Assembly: GCA_965202585.1 (NCBI GenBank)
Contig: OZ241831.1
Span: 19,034,001-19,098,000, forward strand
DNA: 64,000 nucleotides
Reading direction: 5' to 3'
DNA from: Thalia democratica
Taxonomy: Eukaryota
Part shown: positions 1-12,403 of the stretch, in pieces
Layout: every line of letters starts with the position of its first letter
Numbering within the stretch: position 1 is the stretch's first letter
The notes under the pieces: generated by a model
Told to the model about the DNA's origin: nothing
The model's database searches: none
Seen by the model: only the letters and a program-made list of their open reading frames with translations
Program-made: the position numbers and the translations under genes

Positions 1-537
1 TTTCAAAGTCTTTGCGGGCCGCAGTTTTAGTTTTAGTGACATTTGAATAATATTTTGCTTTTAGTCTTACAAGAGAAAGTTTTACTTTTATTCAATTTGA
101 TATTTCAAATTACTTTTAGATATACAGAGAATGTCTACTTAAACTATAAATACTTTATAGAATAAAATTTACATTGACTAATGTACTTAAGTCTTAATAA
201 ACTATGTACTTTCTTAAAGACTAATAGGTTAAACTTAATATTTTGTAATTTTACTTATTACCTAACTCTGTATAAAAATTCGAGCTTAAAAATATTTTAG
301 AGGTAACTTTTATACCTTGTTTGTACTATTAACCCTTTTTTCATGTTTCTAAAAATATTTATTAAAAAAAATAAATTTGCGTCTAAAATAGTTTACACTC
401 TTTAAAAAATTCAGTCATTAATTAACTAAATAAATCTAATACCTATTTGTTATGTAAAAATCTAAATCTAATTTTTGACATGATTAACTCTCAAATACTT
501 TAATAAAATACCTTATTAGTAATTAATTAGTATTTAA

Positions 538-867
538 CATGGTTGCCACTTTAACAGCAAAATTTCTAAGTTATATCAAACCAGCCAAGTTAATTAAAAG
601 TTGAAAAAGCATAAAACTTAGTGTTAATCAAGTTTAAATACCTAATTGAAATATCATCATTATAAAAAAGTACACAATATGTAAGAAGAAAAGAAAGAAA
701 ATTACAATTAGTAAACTACATTACGGCTGTAAAAACTATTCTGAGAATTCAAAGTGTTTAAAATAAAAGTTCCACACACACCTGAGTCTTAAAAAATGTC
801 TTAAACAGGTTTAACCTAGTCTGTATTCTTCAAACTTTTAAACTAGCCTGCTTGTTTGGCAACCCTG
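538..867. mobile_element. MITE with CA(T/G)GGTTGCCA termini (hAT5-like)
   Basis: CATGGTTGCCA at 538 and TGGCAACCCTG ending at 867. TTTAA flanks both sides (possible 5-bp TSD; chance is plausible in AT-rich DNA). Confidence 0.5.
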
Positions 868-1189
868 TTTAAAAGAAAGTTCACAAAATAAAGAAATAAC
901 GAAGTTTATTAACAGTGAATTAAATATAAATCAAAAAAAAAGTATTGAAAGTCAATTTCAATGGACAATTACGGTTTATTAAACACTTTTAACAAAAGTA
1001 TAAAAGCTTATTAAGCCTTTAATGAAGAAGAATAACTATTTTTTTTATTAAGAATTATAGCAATTCTTTATCTGCAATAAAAATCTTGCATTTGAAAAGA
1101 GTAAATGTGAAATATAAGACGAGCTATAAGCATTGAAAAACGTTATTTAGGAGTTATTGCAAGAAACGAAAAAAAAAGCAAATCGCTTA

Positions 1190-2010
1190 AGTCAGTTCCA
1201 ACAAAGCACATGATTATCTTCAGTACCTACAGACTGATTGAAGAAAAAGTTAAGGCAAGTTATAAGGTAGCAAAACTAATTACTAAAAAGAAGATACCGT
1301 TGTGCCACTCTAGTGGTAATTGTCTCTTTTTTAATTTCTTCTTTTCTCTCAAGCGAGTATAAATTCAACAATCGCGCGTAATTTTGACTTTTTAGTTTCT
1401 ACTGCATTGCAGCAGACTGAAGTCAGTGCAGCTTTTCGCTGCTTCAATCTTGTTGTCGAGTTGATTTTAGAACACTTTTTGAGTTTGGTTTAAACATTTA
1501 GTTTTTAGTTTCTTTGATTCGAGTATTGTCGTCTTTTAAAAGAATTGATAATTTGATTTATTAGTGTAATGTTGTGCAGTATTTTATCATCTTTTCGTTT
1601 CGCAAATTCATTGTAAATATAATCATTATCACAGATTCGAACTAAGTTTAAATTAGTATAAGTAACGGATTTATTAAACCTTAAGTAAATAGTAAGTAAG
1701 TCATATTAGTTTATTTAAGTCAACTATAATTTAAGCGTTATCTTGGGGCATCTACTTTACAAGTTAGAGCGCACGTTGCGTTATAAATCAGGCCTATAAA
1801 AGTTAATAAGTAGAAACCTTGGATAGCGACACCGTTTAGAATTTTAATTTTCTAAAAGAATTTATGTTGACGGTAGCATAAGATTTTTGTTTATTTCTTT
1901 ACTGACAACAAAAGTCGTGTTTAAGAAATGCCTGAAGATTATAAAGCAGCATAAATCAAATTAGGACTTTAATCAATCTGTTAAGATGAGAGCACTGATA
2001 AAACATATAT
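1190..2010 (+). pseudogene. hAT transposase remnant (GTF2IRD2/SPIN/Buster-like), split by a solo LTR
   Basis: Reads EEKVKASYKVAKLITKKKIP (1240-1299). Removing 1301-1831 and one TSD copy restores ...KKIPF. It continues with KEFMLTVA*DF, TDNKSRV*EMPED and the catalytic-region motif DESTD (about 1995-2009). Stops and frameshifts are present. Confidence 0.7.
1301..1831. mobile_element. Solo LTR, 531 bp
   Basis: TGT...ACA termini with a CCGT direct repeat at 1297-1300 and 1832-1835. Excising it restores the surrounding transposase reading. Confidence 0.7.
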
Positions 2011-2169
2011 TGTTATCTGAGAATTTTTATTTGAGTTGTTTATACTAATTTTAAAACTTTAGAAGAATTTTTAGGTTTAGTTTCAATGCAAAGCACAGCA
2101 ATAGGTAAATAGATTTTAAAAGCAAAGGTGCAATGCACCAATATAAAGTTTGTGAAAGTACAAATTTTT

Positions 2170-2452
2170 TCTTCTGTTTTCAGTATAAAATTAAATAAAA
2201 GTTAAAATAAATCTTTTAAACATAATATCAATTTTGAAAAGATGCTCTTAAGCTACTTTAAATGTGGTTTTAATAAAAATATTTATATGGTAAATTTTTG
2301 TTTCAAATCAAAATTTCATTACTTTACATGTAAAAATTGTTTGAAATTCCAGGTTTTTCAAAAATTCCCAAATTCAAACTTTTTTCAGATTATTTAAGTA
2401 TAAATTTTCAGATTCCAAGATTTACCGGGACTCAAGTTTTTTGGCAACACTG
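2170..2452 (-). mobile_element. Truncated, inverted copy of the AAAACCTGGAA-rich MITE family (cf. 14011-14419)
   Basis: The reverse complement starts CAGTGTTGCCA and aligns by eye with the internal sequence of the 14011 and 28229 copies. Confidence 0.6.
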
Positions 2453-3783
2453 ATTATTCACACTTATATACATTAGTATAAACAGTACTTTAAATTGTAT
2501 CAGCTGCAAGATTTAAAACTTAACACATATTATAATTCAAACCAACACTGTGTATTGACCAAAACATACATCATAAATTTAATTTGCCACTCTTTAAAGA
2601 AAAAAAGCCAGCCTTAGTGATAAAAAACTAGCCTGATATTTTCGTATACAGAAAGCAATTCAAGTAAATAACTGAAAAAAAGACTAAATTGGCCTAAGAT
2701 TTAAAGTCTTCAAATGGTCATAGTCCGAGTTTGTAGCAATGTTTAATTATTTATAAAATTGAATTTGAACTTATTTGATTCACAATGTACAAACTTAATA
2801 AACTTACCATCCTTAAATCTACCTTGTATTAAATTGGTAGTTTCAAAAAACAGCAATTGTTTATATTAGTATGCAATGCATAACAATTAACTTCAACTGC
2901 CTAAAAACATTGTTTGAAAAATAAAAATGTGTACATAACAAAAACTATTTTCATTTATGTCATATATATTGTTTTAAATGTTTCTGAACACACTTAGAAA
3001 TTACATTTAGATATAATAATGTTAGACATTTATGCATAAACTAAACTCAATCTAACTTAAGCAGTAAATAAAAAGTGGTTAAAAATATGAGCATCTTTGT
3101 ACACTTGTGTGCATTGGAATTAATTTTAAGTGAAAAAAACTAGTAAAAAATCGAAACGTGTTAAAACCAAAATCAAATAAACCTTATTTCTTATTATTAT
3201 TTTATATTAAATGTATTTGTGTACACTTAAATATAATATTTAGTAATAATACATCTATAAAATATAATTGGGTATAAAATACATTTAAAATGAATACTTA
3301 AACTGTAAAGAAATGCTTTTTTATTTAGTTACTGTGCATTACTTTTGTGCAAAATGAAAAACATTTGCATTTGGTTTATTTACTAAGTAGCTATTATATA
3401 ACTGACTTACTAAATCTAAGCACTCTTTACACTCTTTTTTCATATAATTACTTGCTGTTGTAAGAAGAAAGCTATTATAAAAATGATAAAATACCCTGTT
3501 AGAAAGCTAACCTTTTTTTTCACATTTTTAAGCTAATACAGTAAAGTCTTTTTATTATTTAAAAATTTTATACATGAACTTAAAACGAAATAAAACAAAA
3601 CCAAATTACCGGTAGAAATTTAACTTAAAACATATTGTTGCTCAGCGAGCCACATTAACATTCTGGCGGGCCACAAAAATTTCTTTCGCGGGCCGCATAC
3701 CATTCAAAAAAAAACGTGCTCGCGGGCCGCAGCCGCAGTTTGCCGATCCCTGCACTAAAACATGTTTCTATGTTTTAACGGAT

Positions 3784-3961
3784 TAATATTATAGTAACTT
3801 TGAAAACTTCTTTAAGCCATATCTTAAAAACAACTAAGATTCAAATATTTTCATGCATATCTAAAAAAAAAGATTATGATAATAAATGATAATCGAGAGT
3901 TTATTTTCTAAAAAAGATAAAGAACAAACAATCTAAATTATCAAAATTTGAGATGCATGAA
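3784..3961 (+). repeat. Dispersed direct repeat, copy 1 (about 175 bp; copy 2 at 9264-9438)
   Basis: TAATATT..GTAACTTT.AAAACTTCTTTAAGCCATATCTTA.AAACAACTAAGATT...GATG.ATGAA is shared, roughly 85% identical by eye. Confidence 0.85.
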
Positions 3962-5370
3962 ATTAATTTTTTTCAAATTGTATAGTGGTAACGTTTCTCA
4001 TAAAATGTACCCACTAGGCTTTACGAGTGAGTCACTAATTACGATACAAATACTTGTTAACTGATATTATACCACAATTCATTTTTCCTTTGGAATTTAA
4101 AGTAGGTTCACAATAGTTTTGTTTAAATGAATTATTTATTTAAACTGTCGCCCGTTATGTATATCAGAAAAAAAACTTTACATAATATAGTTAAATACCA
4201 GTCTATCTATTTAATATAAATACATATCAGTACTTATCCAACAAAAGTGAGGCTACAAAACTCATATTGGTAAACTATTTATTAGAAAAATTAAGTTATA
4301 TAAGTGTATCGTCAGTATTCCAAAACGTTAATTTGGTATAATGGTATTTTCGTAATCAAATTTTACACAAAGACAAAATAAGTTTAAAAACATCTTATAT
4401 TTTGTTGTAAATTTTTTAGACATTTTAAAACGAAAAAAAACATGTACTTAAATAAATCAACTCTTGTGCAATTATTTTATTGGTAAATAAATTAACTTAC
4501 TTTAGCTTTAACTAATCTAATATCCGTTGTTAATTTTTGTTTTGGATTCTTAGTACAAAAAACTTTAATTTTCAAAATCAGATTCACTTTCTTTTTTACA
4601 AATATTATACATGGGTTTTTTTAACGATACTAAAACATAATTTTCTTTGAGACTGCATAGTCTTTTAAATAAAACTATTGTTATAGACTTAAAGTTTCAT
4701 TGTTATCGTATATAAACTACTTTTTGTTACATATTTAAAAAATTAACAATAACCTAAGAAAATTTAAATTAGAATAAAGCAAAAGAAGCGTTGTTGCCAT
4801 TCAAAACTAAAATTATTTAGTTAATTCAGGCTCTTTTAAAAATATTTTTACACATTAGCAAAATTAAAAAAATGCAAAACACACAATATTTTGTTAAAAG
4901 TTTTTTTTCTAAGAACTATTTTATTAATTGAGTTTTTCTCAAAGAGCTCTTTTATAAAGGTCAATAAACAAATCTAAAAAATCAAATGAATTTATGTTAT
5001 TTAAACTGAACATCAGTATGTATTTAAAGTTTATTCTATTTCAAGCTGATTTTTAATTCTTATTAAGTTTTCTTTTTGTATAACTGACACATAAAAGACT
5101 GAAAAATTTATAATAAAAAAGTATAGATAAGAACTTTCAAACATTTGGTTTGTTATCTTTTTTGTCTTTATATTTATTTTTGTTATATTAAATTAAATCT
5201 GTTTATAGACCGTGTAATATCTAGTCTAATAAGTAAGCTAATGATGCGATTTTAAAAAAGACTCTAGCGGTACATCAAAGTTTTTGATAATTTTTAATTA
5301 GTCCAAAACATAAATAAATGCCCTAAACACTTTCTTAATAATTAATTAAAATAGTTTCAAGCTATAAGTG

Positions 5371-5380
5371 TATATAAAAG
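5371..5380 (+). promoter_or_regulatory. Candidate TATA box for the serine protease gene
   Basis: TATATAAAAG about 300 bp upstream of the ATG, with candidate 3' splice sites (TTTTTATCACAG ending 5611) between them. AT-rich background lowers specificity. Confidence 0.35.
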
Positions 5381-5672
5381 CAGGAAAATAACAAACAAGG
5401 GAACTATAGCATTAGGAAACAAACGGTTGATAATGAAAGTTTATTTTTTAAGATAAGAAAATAATTTAGCTAAATATCGATTAACTTTTTAGTTCCATTA
5501 CTAAAATAAATTAACTTTTTTTTTACAATAAATCGAAATAAATGATGTAACAATCAACATAAGCTAAAATACAATTAACCACTTTTCCGATTTTATACGT
5601 TTTTATCACAGTAGTTTGTCATTACAGTAACTACACAAAAGTTTTCTGTTTTAAAGCATATTTATATAAACG

Positions 5673-6671
5673 ATGCTGTGTTTTCGTTCGTTATTTCTTA
5701 TTACTATTTTACTTATAAATATATCAAAAGGTCAAGAAGATGAAAGAGTGGCAAACGGTAAAGACGCAGTTTCCAAACAATTTCCTCATCAAGTGTTGAT
5801 CAAAAACTTTTTTGAGAGGAACTTTACTATTTACTGCAGCGGGTCCATATTGAACGAGGAGTGGGTTTTGACGGCAGCTCATTGTTTGGATGAGGATCTC
5901 GGTAAGTTTGTGCTGAACGTAATTGTTGGAGATATTTACGCATCAGAGAAAAAAGGAAGTGTTGGCAGAAAAGTTCTAAATTCAACTAAATGGTTCCAGC
6001 ACGAGCTTTATGACATAGATGGCAAAGTAGGGCATGACATCGCTCTTATAAAGCTTTCCGAAAAACTGACTTTCGATGAGTTTGTGCAGCCGATCGCGAG
6101 AGCCGTCGACGACTTGAAAGAAGGCACCAGATGCACGGCTTCAGGGTGGGGATTTACTGAGAAAGGGGAAGTAGCGGATGTTTTGCAGTGGGGAGTTGTT
6201 GAAATTATATCACTTTCGGTGTGTGAAAAAGAGTATAAAACCATAACAAAAGGGTATTCTGACAGCCAATACTGTGTTGGGGATTCTAACAAAGTAGTCG
6301 GAGCTTGTCCAGGCGACTCAGGCGGTCCTTTGACATGCATGGAGCCAACAAGCAAAAAATTCTACGTTCATGGGGTTGTAAGTACCGGAACTATAGAAGA
6401 TGAAAAATGTGGTGAGTTGCCAGTGGTGTACACAAAAGTTGCTTCGTTTGACGCTTGGATAAACGAGATAATGAAAAATAACACGGAAAATTCAAATAAA
6501 AGAGTGTTAACAGCAGTCGCAATTGCTGTGGGAGTGTTTATTTTTGCTTGCTTAACGATAACTGCAATTTTATATCTGAGACAGTTAAAAAAGAAAGGTG
6601 CAAATGAAAGAACTGTAGCAGCAGAAGATATAGTAGACAATAACGTTCAAAAAGTTGTAAATAAAGTTTAA
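5673..6671 (+). CDS. Peptidase S1 (chymotrypsin-fold) serine protease with signal peptide and C-terminal transmembrane anchor; uninterrupted CDS
   Basis: Hydrophobic N-terminus; activation site DER|VANG; intact triad motifs LTAAHC, HDIALIKL and GDSGGPL; conserved Cys; TM segment VLTAVAIAVGVFIFACLTITAILYL followed by RQLKKK. Confidence 0.95.
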   Translation: MLCFRSLFLITILLINISKGQEDERVANGKDAVSKQFPHQVLIKNFFERNFTIYCSGSILNEEWVLTAAHCLDEDLGKFVLNVIVGDIYASEKKGSVGRKVLNSTKWFQHELYDIDGKVGHDIALIKLSEKLTFDEFVQPIARAVDDLKEGTRCTASGWGFTEKGEVADVLQWGVVEIISLSVCEKEYKTITKGYSDSQYCVGDSNKVVGACPGDSGGPLTCMEPTSKKFYVHGVVSTGTIEDEKCGELPVVYTKVASFDAWINEIMKNNTENSNKRVLTAVAIAVGVFIFACLTITAILYLRQLKKKGANERTVAAEDIVDNNVQKVVNKV

Positions 6672-7712
6672 ACAACATAATCTTTAAAATAAAGTTGTTT
6701 AGTATTTTAATTAGATTTTTCTTTAATAAACATTTTGAAATAAAAAACAAAACGATTAACGATCTAAACTGACCAAATATTTTTCTATTCTTAAAATGTA
6801 AGAAACATTTAATTTTTCAACAACATAGTTATAAAACTATTTTTTCAACCGGATATCAAATGAAAAGAAAACCTAAAACTTTTTCTTTCTAACAATGTAT
6901 ACAAAGATCCTTAAAATATATAATACGTTATAATGGTTGAAATGAGAAAAGTAAAAGTTTATCTTGAAGCTTTGTAGTAATATACTTTTACAAATTTGTG
7001 GGTCGTTAGTAGTGTTCTTTTGTTAAGTTAACATTATAATACATATTTTATGTTTTTTCCGTCGTTTCCTCAAATGATTAATTTTTTTTTAATTATATTA
7101 TAAATTTGAAATAATTATGAACTTCCTGGAACGTTAAAACTATAACATAAATGGTCAAATTATTACTAGCTTTAATCTGAGTATTAGTGTCACAGCTAGT
7201 CTTTTTTTCTTTTATAAAGGTCAGTGAAGAAAGTTTTGTGTAATGATCCATATGTGGTTATTAAAACTCAATGATAAATATTGTCTTTTGTTCTGATAGA
7301 CATAAGTCTAGAAAATCTTTTCAGTATTATAAAAATTTAATAGTTTTTTTTTCTGAAACACGATCTAATAAATGTTTTAATTAAACTTTATCTTTTTGTT
7401 TATTTCAAAAATTGTGTGCACTTTGACTAACTTTTAAAAATATCAAAAATTTAAGTTAAAAATTCCAAGTTATCAAAAAAAAGTAACTCATTATGTAAAT
7501 CTTTGGTGATTAATGACATTATATATAAATAATAACTTTAAAGTTGTTACACTATTTAAGCTGCACGTAAATTAATTGTTAAAGACATTTTTAAAATACC
7601 TAAAAATAAAAACAAAAAATTCCGAGTATATAATTTTATAGAAAAAACATTTAAAAATCAAAAACTATTCTACGAATTGGCAAAATGCGGACCAAATTCA
7701 TCCTGCAAATAA

Positions 7713-7885
7713 ATGATATGTAGCTTGCGATAAAGGTAAAACTTTACTTATTATAAACAATGAAAAGCTTCTATGCTGAAATTCTAACTAAAACCTACTA
7801 CTGATTTAGAACCTAATTCTAAGTAGTGATATGTAGCTTGCGATATAGGTGAAATTTTACTTATTATAAACAATAAAAAAGCTTT
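7713..7885 (+). repeat. Short tandem duplication (two copies of about 60 bp, period about 115 bp)
   Basis: GATATGTAGCTTGCGATA.AGGT.AAA.TTTACTTATTATAAACAAT occurs twice. Confidence 0.8.
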
Positions 7886-7964
7886 TGTGTGAAAACTAAG
7901 ATCAAGGTTCTAAATTTTATAAGTAGTAGATACTAGTATTAGTTTATTGAAAAAATAAAATAAA

Positions 7965-8030
7965 AACGCTCACTTTGGTCCAAAGACCTAGTGTACAAAA
8001 AAATATTTCGATTATCGAGTCCTACACTTC
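7965..8030 (+). repeat. Short dispersed repeat family (related copies at about 10345-10415, 25740-25820 and 27522-27576)
   Basis: A degenerate shared core AACGCTC..GGTCCAAAG.CCTGGTGTA.AAAAAA...ATCGAGTC.TACAC was recognised by eye; likely a TE fragment. Confidence 0.5.
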
Positions 8031-8206
8031 TTGGATAAAGTCTAACGTCTTGTCCATGACTAGTGCTTTGTTATTGCACATTTTATTATATTTTTAGTTT
8101 AAACTATTTTTTTTCATCGGTCACATTTATTATTTTGATTGAATGAGAACCACAGAATATATCTTATATACATTGCTGCTAAGAAAAATTGTCCCGTTAC
8201 TTATAA

Positions 8207-8223
8207 AAGGTTGCCGACCCCTG
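8207..8223. mobile_element. Isolated hAT (Buster-type) terminal inverted repeat
   Basis: AAGGTTGCCGACCCCTG followed by TCTTATTA (TA at positions 4-5). The partner end was not found. Confidence 0.5.
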
Positions 8224-9263
8224 TCTTATTATAGTTTGAAGTTATTGAATGTAAAGTTGTCAAAAAATTTTTATAAAAACATTTAAAACTTTTTTTTCAG
8301 TAAGTTGGTAAGCATTATTTAATGACTAAAACTTTTCAACAAAACAATATTATATAAAACAAACATATAAAGGAGAAAGTATTTAAAATATTTAACAATG
8401 TATTTTTATTATTTAAATTTTAAATGTTCAATAAGTAAAACGGTTTTTGGTAAAAAAGTTTTATAAATTCACTCTCTGTTGTATATCTAAATTATAAATA
8501 TAATTCTTTACTATAAAAGGATGTACGTCGAAAAATCTGACTTAAACTTTCAGTTAGCTTTATTGGTTTTAAAACCTTAATATACTACACAAAGTAGATC
8601 ATTAAAATGTGCTCAATAAACCATTACATAAATCTTTACTATTTATGAAAGCTAATTATAAAATATATATTAAGATAAGATAAAATGCAAATCTATCTGA
8701 TAAACGTCTTTGAAAAATAGTTATATTTTGGTTTGTAAGTAAAATTTCTTTAAACTGCGGCATTGATTTCATAAAATTAGTGTTATTGTTTACACTTAGA
8801 TCATCTTGCGACTAGTCTTGACGAATAGGGAGCAAACAAATTAAATTTTTTAAAGAGCAATAATTAATAAAGCTTTATTTATATAGATCTGTTTTTAAGA
8901 AAATTTTGTCTCGGTACAAAATTTTTATAAAATTTCAGAAAGTTAGATAATTTTATAATTGAGTTGAATACTATTTTGGTATAGTTTTAATGATTTGTTT
9001 GTTAAACTTATATTTTTAACAGTTTGAATACTTTTTGAGTTGTTGTTGTTATACTTCAACGAAATTTTTTTGCTCGGATCTTTAGTTAAATAAAAACTCA
9101 AATTCTGATCATAAAAACTTTTTTTTTAATTAGAGGAGTAACATCTCAAAAAAAACATTAAATTCTAAAAAAATTTCCTGTAGATATAATTATAAAATTT
9201 AGACGGTTAAAATTTTCTTTTAAAGTTACTAGTTAAATATAAACTTTATATTACTTAAAGTAG

Positions 9264-9438
9264 TAATATTGTTGTAACTTTTAAAACTTCTTTAAGCCAT
9301 ATCTTAGAAACAACTAAGATTTAAAAATGTTCATGCATATCTAGATAAAAGATTATGATAATAAAAATTATCGAAAGTTTATCTTTTAAAAAAGATAAAG
9401 TACAATAAATCTAGATTATCAAAATTTAGATGTATGAA
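9264..9438 (+). repeat. Dispersed direct repeat, copy 2 (copy 1 at 3784-3961)
   Basis: Direct alignment with 3784-3961. Confidence 0.85.
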
Positions 9439-9509
9439 CTTGAATTGTCGTGCACACTTTTATTAGCAAACTTTTCGTTAGCAAATTTCGTTAGCAAACT
9501 TTTCTTTAA

Positions 9510-9860
9510 TAATCAATAACAATATATAACTAGTACTCTACTATTGCTTATTTTATAATATTTTTGGTTTAAAGAGTATTTCTAAGGTTATTAGTACAAA
9601 TCTTTTATTAGTAAGCATTATTTTTCTGGTAAAAGCGTACAATGAGGCTCTAAATTTAATAATAACTTATAACATGGACATGACATTAAATTGTATCCTA
9701 GTCGATAACCGAAGTAAGTTGTACATCAGGTCCTTGGATTTTAATTTTAAGCGCTTATTTTTCTATTTATAATCAATTACAACATATAAACAGTACTTCA
9801 CTATTGCTTACTTTATCATATTTTTGGTTTAAAAAGTATTTTTAATTTTATTAGTACAAA
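9510..9860 (+). repeat. Local duplication of about 90 bp (9510-9600 and 9771-9860)
   Basis: AATCAAT.ACAA.ATATAA..AGTACT..ACTATTGCTTA.TTTAT.ATATTTTTGGTTTAAA.AGTATT...TTATTAGTACAAA occurs twice. Confidence 0.75.
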
Positions 9861-9869
9861 TTTAATGAT

Positions 9870-10055
9870 ATAACTGCGGGTCACAGAATATTTTTTTATG
9901 GAGTGCGGCTTGCGAGCAAGGTTTTAAAAGAAATTTGACTTGTAAAACCCAACCGACCCCTGGACTAGAACTATATTTGTTGCCTGCGAATGTGTTTATT
10001 TTTGAAATTTAGCCCGCAACTACAAAATATCTACCGAGCTTTGCTTTAGAGTCTA
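9870..10055. mobile_element. Degenerate hAT MITE ends (family related to 57837-58072)
   Basis: CGGCTTGCGAGCA subterminal motif and ...CCGACCCCTG ending at 9962 with flank GACTAGAA. A second degraded GCCCGC-type end lies near 10010-10055. Confidence 0.45.
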
Positions 10056-11419
10056 ATTTTATAAGAGTCTTGGTGTTTCATCATTAAACTTAATAAAAAA
10101 TCTAATTGAGAGTTCACCGCGTGTACTAATAATTGACAAAAACTATTTACCAACTATATTTTTAAACGTGTGTTAAAAAATAATAGGCTGTTACAAATTT
10201 ATATTCTACGATATATTTAATCATAAAATTTCACAAAAAAATCTTAATTAGTAAATCTTAATAAATCTTTAGTTTAATATTTAACTGAAGTTAAATAACT
10301 TAAAACCAAAGTCGTTATTATTAGTTTGTTGAACACGATAAAAAATCAACGCTCAATTATTTCGGTTAAAGAACCTGGTATTTTGAAAAACCTTTATATC
10401 ATCGAGCTATACACCAAACCAACTATTTAAATTATCTTTTTTGTATAAAACAAACAAGAAACAATCCTTTATAGCATTAAGAATTCGTAATTTTACAAAA
10501 ACAAAATATGTTAGAAGAAGAAAACGTCTTGATAAAAAATAAACTCAGTAAGACATTTTAGTCAGAATAGCTTTTCATAAATAACATTAATTAAATGGTA
10601 TTTTAGTTGCAGGATAAATGTAACTTAGAACAATAACTTAGGCTTATTGACTTGTTTTAAATTGTTCTTTACCTTTATGATAGACTATATCAGGAAAAAC
10701 TACGTAAGAAAACAACAAAATAATACACTCAAGCTGTTTACTTTAATAAAATCTTATAAGAAAAAAGTATATAAAAAACTAGCTATTATGTTTCCTTTTT
10801 TTAACCGCATTTAGTTGGTAACTTGACGATTTAAAGTTTTTAAAGCAAATATATTAAGAACTTTGTAAATATACATAAATAAAAGAAACATTGTTTTATT
10901 CACCATAATATAAATAAAGTACAATAGTACTTTACTTGCTACAGTTTACACTGGACCAATATCATCAGAACCCAATTAAAATATTTTGCAGGGACTATTC
11001 ATAGGTGTAATATTTATCAGTATAATCCTTAAAATTATAGTAATAATATCTCATCGTAACCTATGTATACTTTATCTATTTAATTGTTCTTTTAGTAAAA
11101 AGTCTTTGAGATCGACTTACTACCTTACAAAATGAACCTAATTTTTTAGTCATTTGAAATACTGTTAAAAATTTTACTACCCTGGTATGCTAGATATTTA
11201 TGCTCATGTCTATTACTGTTTATTAAGAAAAAGTTTTTTATGAAATTCTTGTCGAATAATTAGTTACCATATATAAATTTAAAAGCTAACACTTAAAATT
11301 AATTGGTAAAAATGCTTGTGCAAGTTTATGAAAAAATATTCAAGATAGCTCTTGTTTGAACAGGTTTTTTAATTTGTCATTATTTTGTTATTTTTTATTT
11401 TTCAAACTTTCATCATAAT

Positions 11420-11530
11420 TTTTGTAGTAAATAAGAGCTGTAATTAGAGGTACATTGAATTTATTAAGGTTATTTTTATTTGCTCTGCCCCAGCATAACT
11501 GGCTGTTAACATTGATTTAAAAACATATAG
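11420..11530 (-). mobile_element. Possible CR1/L2 LINE RT C-terminal remnant
   Basis: The minus strand reads NSQLCWGRANKNNLNKF, resembling the W-G/A..K..L..L thumb motif. Short and degraded. Confidence 0.3.
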
Positions 11531-12403
11531 TTGCCTTAAAGTTTTTAACACCATAAAATTTATTAAATGTTACTTATTACTACTTGATAAAAAACAATAA
11601 GTACTTAATTTTTATTTACGAAAAAAATTAAAGGGCTTTTAACTTTATGAAAAAAGCAAAGGTAATCATTAATCTAAGAGTAAATTACAAAAATTAAATT
11701 TTAATTATTTAGTTTTTAAAAAGTATTAAAACGTTAGTATTACATAAATTTTCTTAATTTTGACGATATCTTTTTCTTTTGAGTAGGAGTTATTGATACA
11801 AGTTCTGGTTAAAAATCTATGATTTTTTAGACTAGATGAAATTTCCCTCATAGTTGACACTTAGTTTTGTAACTGCTGATATAACATGCACTATGTAAGT
11901 CTCTGAGTCTTGACTACTCTTGAAAACGCCATTTTATATTTTTAAGGGAATTATCTGTTTGACTTTTGATGGCTGTTGTAATATCATTTGACCAACTATA
12001 AAAAAAAAACATTGGTTTATAAAAATTATCTTAATTGTTAGTTAGTATAAGATCTCAATGTTAAAACTTATGTTAATATTATATTCTAATGAAATTATTC
12101 CTTCGCTTTTTACTCAAAGAGAAGCAATAGTCTAGTGTTTAAAACTTAAATTGTATGACTAATAATTTTCTTGAGTGTTCTTAAGATACTTTTTTTTGTT
12201 TATGTGCAGACTAGTGGGATTTGAACTTACAACGTTCAACTCAAAGAATTTTAAAAATACCAGGCTGTTATAATTTTTTTTGAGATTGAAGAAAATTGTG
12301 CTCAATAAAATCTTTTTTTGCAAAACACAGATCAGTTTGGATATTTTTAATAAATTTTAGACCAGTGTTTATAGTTTTCATTTCATTTAATATTTTTATT
12401 TTG

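Larger units (their letters stand above)
1..3752 (+). mobile_element. Decayed hAT (Buster/SPIN-type) DNA transposon; left end probably lies before the window; carries nested insertions
   Basis: Right terminus GCGGGCCGCAGTTTGCCGATCCCTG ends at 3752, followed by CACTAAAA (TA at positions 4-5, the Buster target preference). The same GCGGGCCGCAGTT subterminal motif occurs at 15-27. Transposase remnants lie inside. Treating it as one element is inference. Confidence 0.55.

Noticed and set aside
3125-3170. GTGAAAAA...CGAAACGTGTTAAAA as a third hammerhead
   Set aside because: The core is too degenerate and no stem II can form.
6008-6750. Minus-strand ORFs 6008-6355, 6368-6640 and 6538-6750
   Set aside because: Antisense shadows of the protease CDS, with no motifs.
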